64,000 bases of DNA from Macrostomum lignano (taxonomy: Eukaryota), in NCBI GenBank assembly GCA_002269645.1, contig NIVC01000361.1, forward strand, positions 135,388 to 199,387, in the 5' to 3' direction. A program made the position numbers and the translations under genes. The number at the start of each line of letters is the position of its first letter. Position 1 is the first letter of the stretch. The notes under the pieces are model-generated. The model was not told the origin of the DNA, did no database searches, and saw only the letters and a list, made by a program, of their open reading frames with translations. Shown here in pieces: positions 20,695-54,829 of the stretch.

Positions 20695-21153
20695 ATGTGC
20701 AGCCTACCACAGCCGCCCTACCCGGCCATGTGTCCGGCGCCAGGCTTCTGTCCGCCCTACTCAGTCCGAGAGAACTGTTGCCCTCCTTGCGGCCCGTGCG
20801 GACCGAGCGGGCCCTGCGCCCCTTGCGGACCCTGCGCACCTTGCGGACCCTGTGCACCTTGCGCCCCGTGCTGGATACCGAAGCCGCCCTGCGATCCTAG
20901 CGTCATGCCACAGATCCAGCTGTGCCCACCACCGCCACCCCTCTGCGTGCCTCCCTGCCCGCCGCCGCCGTGCTTCGATTTCGTTTGCACCTTCAGACGA
21001 CTACCGGACCTTTGTCCGACCTCCGACTGCTGCCGCATCAGCTACTCCAGGCCTGCGGGTTGCCCGCCTAGCGGAACCAGCTGCTGCCCTCCGCCTGCCT
21101 GCGCTCCGACGTACAGCGGATATGGCGGCTGCAGCAGCGGAACCTGCGGCTAA
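20695..21153 (+). CDS. Small Cys/Pro-rich protein with CGP/CAP tripeptide repeats, 152 aa
   Basis: ATG at 20695 follows an acceptor-like tctcag. The GC-rich ORF reads [23 protein letters not shown].. with third-position variation, so it is not a simple DNA satellite. AATAAA lies near 21447. Confidence 0.75.
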   Translation: MCSLPQPPYPAMCPAPGFCPPYSVRENCCPPCGPCGPSGPCAPCGPCAPCGPCAPCAPCWIPKPPCDPSVMPQIQLCPPPPPLCVPPCPPPPCFDFVCTFRRLPDLCPTSDCCRISYSRPAGCPPSGTSCCPPPACAPTYSGYGGCSSGTCG

Positions 21154-23225
21154 CTAACAGCAGCCGACTGACGGCATGCTCTGACACGTGATATTGGCAC
21201 CGATGCCTGCGCTATAATCTCTTTGTTTCGCCTCCCGATGAATTCGGCCTAGATGCAGCTACTACGAGTATAGACATAAACTGTATGCGGTTACGTATTC
21301 ACCTGTACGCGTACCCGATTGTTTAAACCCCTATATTTTAGCCGCGCTACGCTTTGCACGCACAAGAATACACTATAATTATGTTGTTTATTTAGGATGC
21401 AGTGTTGCCTCTCGGACAACCAGTTCGTACGCTCAAAGAAACTCTAATAAAAATGCGAATAACTTGCTAATCAAATTATTTGAAGCTGGGAAGTTACAAT
21501 ACTTCCAAAGTCGCTCGCAACCCGATAAGTTCCTTGGCGAGAAGTTCCAAAATAAGCTTCAATTTCCATGCATAGCGCTCTGTGTGCGTACCACGAGACT
21601 CTAAACCTTCTATGCTCCACAATGAAGAACCGAAACCTATAAGGATGCAAATGCAATAGCTAGTACTAGCTTGGAACGTCTTGAACTTTAGATAGATAAA
21701 ATAATTGCAGTTTCGATAGGATCATAAATTTGTCTTTATATGGGTTTTTGATGGTGCTGATTTCAAATTTGAGTTTCCTTTGTGCCAACCACCGGGGCAT
21801 AGGGAATTGGGGGTTTTTGGGTGGGGGGATTCTTCATGGGAATTGATTTTACCTACCTAAACATCCATAGAGGCATGGGGAATATCAATTTTGAGACAAG
21901 GGCAGGGGGTCCAGGGGGGTCCACGGGGGCTCAATGACCAACAACTGGGGCATGGGGAATGGGCAATGGGGAATTTTTAGAAGTTTTTTTTGCTTTATCA
22001 CCATTTTGGAAACCCCCTAAGTGTTTGGCAAAAGTTTCAGAAAAATCAGCAAATCGGAAGTATTTTACGTACCTAATGTTCAAGAAGTCCTTAGCTTCTA
22101 AGGATTCTTGATTTCAACTGCATGGCCTCCAAAAAGGAGACTATACAGACATTAGATCTATCCATCTCTGCAAGTTTGATGCTGACTTAACCCACCCATT
22201 CACTGAATGACGTGTGATTACATGCTCGAAATGCTGCGTGATCATTTAAATTTCTCGGGGAAAGCCTCCTTAGAAATGTGTTAAACCCTATGGTACAAGC
22301 GGACTAAAAACACGCTCGTATCCCGCCTTAATTCCAACTAGAAAGAAATCGACAATAACACTAGTCCATATACTAAAAATGGTCTGTCGGTAGGTATCTA
22401 TCTAGGTAGGTATGTGATCGTAAAACTTACTTGTAAGTAAACAAGTAAGTAAAACTTACTTTTGTTAGAGCGAGAAGGAAGCTTGAGTCCAATCCAATCT
22501 AAAAAGTTCAGCAAACGTATTCGAATGCACTTTCTACGAGTAATACAATGAACTCAAAGTCGACATTCTCCTCTCGAATGCACACAGCATCCCAAGTTTT
22601 CCTAGAGCACCCGTATTTGAAATGAAAAACGAGGCGAGAAAACCAACTATGGTTTGACTGATTGATATGGTATTTGAAATCAAATTTCAATCAAGCTGGA
22701 TGTTTCGTTCAGTTTTAAACCGCTTTTTATGCTCGTGTGATTCAAACAACACAAAATGCATAAACTACCATAAATGAATCCAAAGTTTGCTAAACATTTT
22801 GATCGCTTCAAATCTAAATTCGTATGCAAAAAAATTAAAAATACTTTCACTATGCATTCCTAGATATTCGGATACTTGAATCCTATTCAATCAATTATTG
22901 TGATAGAAAAAACTCTCCAGTGTGAAGGCTGTACGCTCAATTTATATAAATAAGCACATACACTGTAGAAGCGCATTGGGAATTCACTAAAAAAGCGCCA
23001 ACCAACAAAGGCCAGGCTACCGCGTTCTACGTCTAAACGAAAAATTAAACTAATAGCGTCCAGTTTCACCCTCGAAAAAGCGCTGGTCGACCAGTTACTT
23101 AGCAAACGTTCCCAGAAAGCAGTCCGGCATTTGTAACATAACTTTTAGGGCATTCTACGCCTAAACAAAGCAAATTGCAGAAGTACCATCCAGTTTCATT
23201 CTCACAAAAGCACTGGGTCGATCAG

Positions 23226-29660
<6,435 letters not shown>

Positions 29661-30173
29661 TGCTTTCAGCAGATTTTGCGAAGAAGAAATCTTTGTCGGT
29701 TTTACTCACTCGTCTTAGCTCATGAGGCTGTGAATAAATGAATGATTGAAAAAATCTGGGGGCTTGTGAATGGGCGAGTCTAGTCATTTATACACTGCTG
29801 TAGGGGAAGCCGCAACTTTTATCTCTCGAATTGCATTCGGATGGCGCAATCCGTGAAAGCGAGCCCTACAGGCTGGTGTTTATCTAATCATGACCTCAGC
29901 CAGGCGCAATGCTACAGGTTAGACCGAGAGACTACATGTAGAGTCAAAGAAAAAGCAAGCATGCACTGAGTGCCGTAGTGAAGTGACTCTTTCTCTTCTC
30001 GGGATTCGAGTTTCCGATACGATTAGTGATTATTAAGTATGCATCAAACGCAACCTTGTTGGCTTAACTTCTCATGTCGGTATTTTTCCTGACTTGTGTA
30101 TAATGCGTTGCAGTATACGAGAAAATCAGATAGAGATAGCGGACCATTGACTGCATCTACGTAGCTTCCATTG

Positions 30174-30331
30174 GGACCCTTAACACAGTTCACAGTTTCC
30201 ATGGTTCATACGGTTCACAGTTTTTATAAGGTCCCTTAACACGATTCACAGTTGTTATAAGGGCCCTTAACACGGTTCACAGCTTCCATAAGGTCCGTTA
30301 ACACTGTTTACAGCTTCCGTAGGGTCTCTTA
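30174..30331. repeat. ~31-bp degenerate tandem repeat, ~5 copies
   Basis: Unit approximately CCCTTAACACGGTTCACAGCTTCCATAAGGT. Confidence 0.8.
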
Positions 30332-32872
30332 GTCTTGTCTTAGCACATTGCATTTAGTTACAGTAGCCAAAAGACTGAGTATTTAATAAATTTGAGGCTA
30401 TTTTAATAATTTGAAAAATCAGGGGCAAACTGAAAAGCGAATAAGTCAGTTAAAATGAATACCGAGAGTTCACTTACCCAGAGTAGAATCAGTAGGCCAG
30501 CACCTAGCAGTCGAATTTCGTCAGTTAGGAGCAAAAAATTATTAAATAAATGCAGGCTTAATGACTGTCCATTTCAAAATCTTTGCATTGCAATCGCTCT
30601 TTCATTCACGCAGTAAAAGAGAAAGCAAGATCTCTATCTCCAGGGTTGATAAGGTATAAGAGCAGCGATTAAGCAAGAGAGAATTAACTTATAGCGTCTT
30701 AACCTAAAAAAATAGACTGATGAATGGTCAATAAGTACGCGAAAAATGTTGACACAGAGACGAGACTGTAAAGGTCTTACACTCCGATAGAGGGAGGGAT
30801 CACGCAAAACTAAGTGTACGCGCAATCTTGTAGAACTGAGCGAAACCCCCTCCCCCCATTTCGTCTGCCCTCCGCCCCCACCCCCCTCCCACAACCCGCC
30901 CAACGAGGGAGTGTACTCTATGTAGATTGGTCCACTGGGGTTAGAAAAACCATCGGGAGCGGCCAGGACGCAATGTACATAGATGAGCGTGCATAAAGCA
31001 AATAGGTTGGTTCACTTGTGCGCTTAGATGCTTCCAGCGTGGCGTTTCAATGGTTCATGTAGGCTACTGATTAAAAGTAGCACACACTGATTAAAATTCA
31101 ATAAGTACACTGTGCACTTTAAAATAAAGCTGGTCGACACCTGTACACTAGGATCGAGGAACACCGCAAGAAGGCTAGCGCGATTCATGACCATCTGCTA
31201 ATGTGCAACGCGTGTGCCGACATCAAACATGATCAAAAGTTTAAAATTATTGATCGCGGATTCAGCACCAACACAAACTAAATGTGTGGGAAGCCCTGTA
31301 CATCAAACAGTTAAAGCCTACCCTGAATGTACAACTGACAGGAAGGGGGGCTAGTACTATTCTTAGATACTATTCTACGGCTACTTAAAGGTTCAAGCCT
31401 ACTTTCTTTTAATTCGTAAAGGTAATTTCTTGCATTTCTAACAAAATATTGTCACCTGACGATGCTGAAAGGGTGCGTCATAATATTCGTCACAATATCA
31501 ATTGAATGCAAATGTTTTATATTCTATTCTACAAAGGCATACTTGAACAGAAGTAGTATATACGAAAAACCAGACGAAATATCGATCTGATCCTAGACTG
31601 GATTTCGCACGTCTTGCGTTCACTTGCGTTCACTTGCGTGACATCGAGTTAATGTTTACTTTTCATTTTTAACCCCATATGCTCCTGAGGCTGCAAACCG
31701 TGAGGAAAGAAATGAAATTTAATTAAATTTAAGCGACACTGCCCGGACAAACTACTGAAAAAGAGTCTACGCTCTGCATTTTTCACAACTTTAATGCAAG
31801 TTGACGTGACACATCCATCGTGCAGTTATTCTAGTATCCGTGGCACCAGCTGAAGGGGTTGGGCAATGGCCCCCTGGCCAACCCCCTGGATCCACCAGTT
31901 GTTTTGACTCAAAATGACTCTTAACTTCTTTAGTTTATGCTGAAAATGATAAATATCAACAAAATTGGCTACCCAGCGGGCCATCCATAAAGTCTTGGAT
32001 AAATAGCTGATGCGCATTTTGTAGATAAAAATTACGAACGCAACGTGATTTTTTGATGCACACTACATGCATAGCATAAAAAATGAACAATAGCGAAACC
32101 TTAACTAGCTAATGCACTGTTAGAGGGTTACACATCTTATATATTTATTTCATACGATTATGCAGACAGTACCTGATTCACAAAATCTCAGCTAGAACAA
32201 TCGTTGCAAAGAACCATCCATACGAGCTCGTAGCTGCCATCGTGAACAGTCGAGTTCTTTGCCGTTTCTTCAACCGAAAACGCGGTTTTTGTCCACGCCA
32301 CAGAAACATAGCAATAAAAATATTAAATATTGAGCGGTAAAAATGATTAAGCATTAAGCAATTTGGCTGCTAGCACAAGCACCTTCAACACGTAAGAAGT
32401 GCCACAGATGTACTCATGTCCTTTTACTTATTCAATACTAACTGGAACATCTCGATATTTACGAGACACCGTATATACCTTTGTTTTATACCTTGAATTA
32501 TCGAAACAAAGTTACAGAGTTAGGTGAAAAAGCATTGTTGTACTCTTAGCTATTTTATATACAGTTAAACAATTGTCCAGAAGCTAAATCGGGAGGCCAT
32601 TAGATTTCTCACTTCGTTATCTCATTTCCTTTGTCAATTTAACTCTAGTCTACATAAATTTCCGTGGTTCACATTAATCACAAGTGTATTATGAAAAACG
32701 ACTCGCAAAGGAAGCTGTGTGCCCATGATATTTGATCAAGGATTGCTGCCTGTAAATCCCAAAATCAGATACGGATCAGACACCGTAAAAGCTAAAACTA
32801 TTTCAGTTAAAATAAGCGCTCAAAAAGGTATTCCAATTCTTTAGGACAACTGGAAAGGTTAAAAATCCTGAA

Positions 32873-42538
<9,666 letters not shown>

Positions 42539-44121
42539 TTTCTATTGAAAGAAAAACTCAGTGGCTAGTTTTTTGGTATCAATATAATGACATATTTTCT
42601 AGAGCTACAATGGACAGCATAGGAAATTTTTGGTACGTTCGTAGCAATTATACACATTTACTCGTATTTTTATATTTACATTACTACATTTACATTACTT
42701 AATTTATATTTACTCGTATAAGCTTTTTTATATGCGGATAGCCGTTCTTCCTAAAGCTTCTGATATAGATTTTTGCGAAAGCACAACTTGTAGCCGCTTC
42801 ACAAGTTGACCATTTTGCATGCGCACACGTCGTCTAAACGTTGAGTTTCTGGGTATAAAAAAGAGAGAGAGAGAGAGGGGGAGAGAGAAAGAGGGGGAAA
42901 CCTGAAAACCCTGTTGTACTGAAAAATCAGCAACTGTACACTTGTACACTGCCATTTTCCTTAGCTCTATGCATATTCTTACCTCTCCCCCCTTATTCTT
43001 TTCTGAGCTATTTTCGTTCATGTACCCTAATTGTATATTAGCTTGATATATAATATGCCTATAGAGCAATGTAATAAGAATTTTAAAAGAATTTTATTCT
43101 ATGTAAAAAGGGAGAAAGTTTTAAAGTATAGAGTTTGAAAAAATCGAAAGATCAAAGAAGTAGGTAAGACAACTGTATAGTTTGTTTTAAGACTCAACAC
43201 TGTGGGTCTTGAAACAACGTAAATAAGGCCCCAAACATTTAACGCTTGATTGTTTAAGATAACACACGTAGTATGCAAAGGAGGAAGGGTCACAAGTGAC
43301 AACGCTCAAATAAAAAAATGGTCAGTAAAGTCAATAGGCAATAAGACTCAGTGTACACTCGCTGAGTCATACACTATGCGACAGAAAAGCGATTTTTAAG
43401 CAGTAGGCGTAAGGATAAGGATAATCATTGCATGCGAATCAGCCCTTTGCTGCGAAAATTTCGGTTTTATATTCGGCAACAGCTAAAATGCCAAGTGCAG
43501 TACCGTGCGTAGGAACCGCGAGCACGCAAAAGTGCCATTACTCGTCGTGGCATTCTGATCAACATTATATTTGCTGATGAACACTTAGGGCAGCTGCTGC
43601 CAGACATTTAGGACCGCCAGTTGCAACAGTTCAGCATTCGGCGGGTCAACCCTGTTGAACGCTTAGCCTTACGAAGTCCCAAACATGCTCGACATGTGTG
43701 GACGTGTCTGGAGACTTTGAACTGTGGGTTTCGCTGCGGCAACCCCCAAGTTCCCCCATGCCGCATGCCGCACTTTGCGCTGGCGTCCGGCGGCGGCAGC
43801 CTTCGCTCATTTCTGAAAAAATAACAAAACCTCTTCATTTACCGATAGCCTGCAAAACTTTTCGGCCGTTTAGCAGCTTGAGTGAGGGGGGAGGGGGTTA
43901 GCTGTGCCGAGTATAGATAAGAAATTGCTAAAAATGAAAAAAGTGAATCGTAAGACAGGAGATTGACTACAAACAGCTCACCTAGAAAGAATGAACTAAA
44001 TGCCTTAACCAAAAGGAAAGATTAATTAAAGGTGACGACGAAAATAAAGAACGTTTGGAACTGCTTAAACTGCAAGCTAAAAATTCTCAGATCTGAAAAA
44101 TTGCAACAGCACCGAAAGAAA
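42539..44121. promoter_or_regulatory. Divergent intergenic region between ABCC copies B and C
   Basis: The start codons of B (42538, minus) and C (44122, plus) point away from each other 1583 bp apart. Promoter elements were not individually identified. Confidence 0.55.
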
Positions 44122-50333
<6,212 letters not shown>

Positions 50334-51078
50334 CTGATCGACCCAGTGCTTTTGTGAGAATGAAACTGGATGGTATTTCTGCAATGTGCTATGTTTAGAC
50401 GTACAACGACTTACAAAGTTATGTAGAGTTTTTGAGTTATACGCTCGTATATTGTAGAAAGTGTCTGATTTTTCAAAATTAGCGTAGAACTTCTAAAGTT
50501 GACAAATATTTGCTTTGAACTGGATAGAACTGAAGTATGGTATTTAAAATATAAGCAGTCCGCACAGCAATGCCAATAATCTTTGGAAGCCAAGTTACGA
50601 GCTAACCTATTAATATATAGCCTGAAAATCTTCCTAACAAAGCCTTAAAGTCGTCTGTATCGTTTCAAAATGTTGTTAAAATCGCTAAAACTCGTGCTTT
50701 GGTGCTTATTTTGGTTGATAACTTTCAAATTCCATTTACGATTTGACTGATCGTCTCTTCAGTTGCTATTCGTTTTGGCTGTCATTCTTTGCAGCGCATT
50801 GAAAGTGCCTCCTGTAATTTTTTATACTGTCATGATGGCTACTTATATGGAGCACAAGGCTATTTAGTTGTCAGTCAATGGGAGTTTAGGGGCATGGTCT
50901 TGCTTGCGGCCAAGCCAAATCGAGCGCTTGTATTTCGGAACTGAAAGAAGGCATACACACTGAAAGATGGTATTGATATACTAGCTTACAACTCGAAGGA
51001 TTAACAAAGTTTGGACATAGACACAGTTTAAGCACATACGTATTGGCTGCATCAACGGATCATAAGGCATAACATATA

Positions 51079-52302
51079 CACCATTTTACCTCCTATTTTG
51101 AACAAAGTCTTGTTCAAAAGAAACAAGCAGAACTTCAATTCAAACACTTTAAGAAATATCAGCTCTTGCGGAAATTCAAATCAAACAAAGTCCCTTTCTA
51201 TTGAAACAGAAGAACTTCAATTCAGACTGTCTGTGGCCAAAATTGTCCCCGAGTGACGCGCATGCGCAGATTTGAAATTCAAATGAAACAAAGTCACCTA
51301 TTTCGACAGAGATTTTCGCACATAGGTACAAGTACATTTTAGTACATTAATCTAACTTTTTGTTTTTCCTGTACTGCATAACTGTACAATCGTTGCGCAA
51401 TAAGAAACGATATGAATGCTGAAGATCAGATTGAAGAAGACGATGAATTGCTGGAAGAAGATGGAATCGATGAATTTGAAGCAGAATTCGATGAAGATAT
51501 CATGGAACAGCAGCCTCGGCAGTGCACTATTGTTTAAGCAACAGTGACAGAGACCGTATCATCAGGGCTGCTGATTGTTGGGGATGACTTTGTGGAACTG
51601 GCGCGCCAACTTGGAGTCAAGAGGTCAACAGCGAACACGATCGTGAGGTCAGGGAGAGCAGAAAAGCAGCCTACGAGATTCCGGACACCATTCAGGTCAA
51701 GTGGCTTCCACCATACAGTCCATTTTTTAGTCCTGTGGAGAACTCAATCTCCTGTTGGAAGGACACTCTGAAGAGAAAACTGGCAGCAGACCAGCAAAAT
51801 TTCATCCCTCCGATAGCTGAGCAGCACGGCAATCAGTCAACGGCGGCCTATCGGCGAGACATTCTGTACAACATGGTGGACAGAACCATTGGCTGCATCT
51901 CTGTGGACAAATGCATTGAGTGGTTCAACCATATGTTTACATACGTCCCTCGCTGCGTTGGTGGACAGGCAATTGATGGTTAGGTGTTTCAAGTTGGCCA
52001 ACTGACACTGTCTTGTTCCTGTTTTTCATTCTACTCTTATGTTCGTCGATATGCTGTGTTTTATTCCTCTGTCGAAATAGAATGTGACTTTGTTTCTTTT
52101 GAATTTCAAATCTGCGCATGCGCGTCACTCGGGGACAATTTTGGCCACAGACAGTCTGAATTGAAGTTCTTCTGTTTCAATAGAAAGGGACTTTGTTTGA
52201 ATTGAACTTCCGCAAGGGCTGATATTTCTTAAAGTGTTTGAATTGAAGTTCTGCTTGTTTCTTTTGAACAAGACTTTGTTCAAAATAGGAGGTAAAATGG
52301 TG
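51079..52302 (+). mobile_element. Tc1/IS630-like DNA transposon, internally deleted
   Basis: TA on both sides (51077-78, 52303-04) and ~233-bp TIRs starting CACCATTTTACCTCC. The interior encodes an HTH-like ELARQLGVKRSTANTIVR and a DDE C-terminal LPPYSPFFSPVENSISCWK, with the central catalytic region missing. Confidence 0.9.
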
Positions 52303-53106
52303 TACTTCAAAAGTAAGCGCCTTAGCTGTGTGCTTCGGACAGCACTGTCTTTGCGATAATTAAAAAACTTATTTTGGCAGACGCATCGTAACAATTAACA
52401 CATAATTAACCAATCAGACCCCAACAGCAAAAGAGACGGACAGCAGGCAGCCAAAAGTCTATGGCACGAAGCAGCGCTAGAGGTGGGGAAAGCGACGCCT
52501 TGGAAACGACAGTTTTATGTGGCTAATTTCACGCAAGGTAATTGGCAAAGAACATAAGAAATAAACAGGCAAACAAACGAGAATAAAATAGGAGTTAAGA
52601 AAAATTTTAGCTGCAACGTCAGAGCACAGAGGGTGGCGCGCAGGTAAATAAGCGGGTGAGCAACCCCCCCCCCCCACCCCACAGAGGGGTAGAGAGGACG
52701 GGCGCACAAAGGCGGCACACAGTACAGCGCGAGGAGGGGTGGATGGCTAACACCCATTTCACTCCAGGCTCACAAAATAAGCCCTAAGATAAATGGAGGC
52801 ATTCAACAACTATCTGCTTATTGTAGATAACTTATTGGACTTTGCTGAACCAGCAGCCGGTTCAATTCGGTCGCGTAGCTGCAGGTAAGGAAGCTGCTGG
52901 CTTCGCCAAGATGAAGATTCTCACTTTTTTTACCTGAGGCTCTATGATAGTGGCACATCCTCGTCAGTAGTGAGTCTAACACTGAGTCTAACTGAGTGAC
53001 ACACTTCTAACGGTCTCAAGCGAACCTATAGGTCTTACAGTCCCAAGAAGATGACAAACTTTTACTGAAATACGCAAGTTCAATTTAAAACAAGTCGTTC
53101 TCAAGC

Positions 53107-53660
53107 TCCCAGGGGATAAAGGGGATAAAATGGGGATCTCATGTCAACTTAAGGCTCTGGAATGGAGCCCGAAGTTCAGCTCCGGACCAAACCGACTGCA
53201 ATCGATAACTTGTCGGCCCAGACGACTAGAATCGCCGAGACATCCCATCCGGCTCCCTTGTCTGGGCCGACAAGTTATCGATTGCAGTCGGTTTGGTCCG
53301 GAGCTGAACTTCGGGCTCCATTCCAGAGCCTTAAGTTGACATGAGATCCCCATTTTATCCCCTTTATCCCCTGGGACCCCAAGGAAGGGAGCCGGATGGG
53401 ATGTCTCGGCGATTCTAGTCGTCTGGGCCGACAAGTTATCGATTGCAGTCGGTTTGGTCCGGAGCTGAACTTCGGGCTCCATTCCAGAGCCTTAAGTTGA
53501 CATGAGATCCCCATTTTATCCCTTTATCCCCTGGGACCCCAAGGAAGGGAGCCGGATGGGATGTCTCGGCGATTCTAGTCGTCTGGGCCGACAAGTTATC
53601 GATTGCAGTCGGTTTGGTCCGGAGCTGAACTTCGGGCTCCATTCTGGTGCTTAAGTTGAC
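53107..53660. repeat. 160-bp unit: one forward copy followed by inverted tandem copies
   Basis: 53107-53222 is the reverse complement of 53261-53376 (116-bp arms, 38-nt loop). The inverted unit recurs with a 160-bp period (AAGGAAGGGA at 53381 and 53541). Confidence 0.93.
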
Positions 53661-54229
53661 ATCCCCTTTGTTACTGCTTACGAGCGTATATGCTCTTTCA
53701 CACGCATTTTACCTTGTTAGTATGCACCATAATGCCGGTTCACCTTACCACCAGTACATAGGCTAAATCGAAATTACTCAAATCAGTTTACAAATGGGTC
53801 CTAACCGACAGTACATTGTTTTGAGCAATCTTTGGCCCGCGTACGAGCTCGTAGCTACTAGCGGTAATGTGAACCAGCCTGTAGAAAATCTTTAAACAAA
53901 ATATTTTATATGTGATGACCTGGCTTGGCGGTTGCGTAAGCACTTTTCTTCTTCATCTTTTCTTACACTGCACTTCGATCACTTCGATCCGGAGCCCATA
54001 AGATCGAGCCAGGCTTATTTCTACATCTGGACCTGTCCGATCGATTGCCTATGTTTATGAACCGATTTCCGATTTTCGCGCAGATCTGCGCAGACTGGCG
54101 CAGCACTGCATCTTTAGCAGAAGCCCAACTGATATGCTCAGAGACAGGCAGACAGGCGCTCGGAATCGCTGACGACAAAATTCCAGCGGAGGCTGCTTTC
54201 GAAGCCAACACAAAACCAAGATACACTGT

Positions 54230-54815
54230 TGGGGTCTTTAGAAAGCAGCGTCACAGGATGCATGTCTGGACCAGGTCGCGAACGAAGGCCACGCCGCCAA
54301 CCGAATCCGGGGCATCAGCGTCAGCCTGCAGGCAGTTGATTGTACGAGCCAGTCCCCGCCAGGGTGCCTGCAGCGTCAGCAGCAGCACCTCCTGCACCGG
54401 CTATGGGCAGTACGAGCTACGACTCGGCGCGGATGATGCGGTCTGCCAGCTGAAGTCGCCGATGGCGCAGCAGCAGCGTGCTCTGCGTCTACTTGTTGCT
54501 CAAGCGAGTTCGTCAGGATCCAAGTCTCAGCGTTGCACAGCAGAAAGATCTCGATCACCGCCTGGAAGAGAAGCGCCCTCTGGCGGTCAGGTAGGGCCTC
54601 GTACTGCAGGACCGCCCTCACAGAACAAAAGGCAGATCAGGCAAGCCCGCGGCGACGCCGCAGATCCTTGCAGACGCCGGGAAGCAGACTGCCGAGAAAG
54701 ATGAACAACGCTAAAATCGCTGAAGCTCCATTGCCTGTCTATCTACACCTTCGCACAATACTGCAGTTTCAATGTCATCCGGCACACAGAGCACGATGGT
54801 ATTCTAAATGTTGAC
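54230..54815 (-). mobile_element. RTE-clade LINE remnant (RT C-terminal region)
   Basis: The minus strand reads LVVN..VLCVPDDI..FLGSLLP..DLRRRRGLA*SAF..LFQAVIEIFLLCNAETWILT..RLQLADRIIRAE, typical of RTE RT domains, with stops and frameshifts. Confidence 0.8.
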
Positions 54816-54829
54816 CACCAGGAGAGGAA

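Noticed and set aside
31450-31480. Penelope-type minimal hammerhead (CTGACGA-TGCT-GAAA)
   Set aside because: There is no stem II pairing and no downstream strand complementary to stem I.
54045-54704. 219-aa plus-strand ORF read as Gypsy gag
   Set aside because: The opposite strand gives a much better match to RTE reverse transcriptase motifs, so the plus-strand ORF is mostly a shadow.
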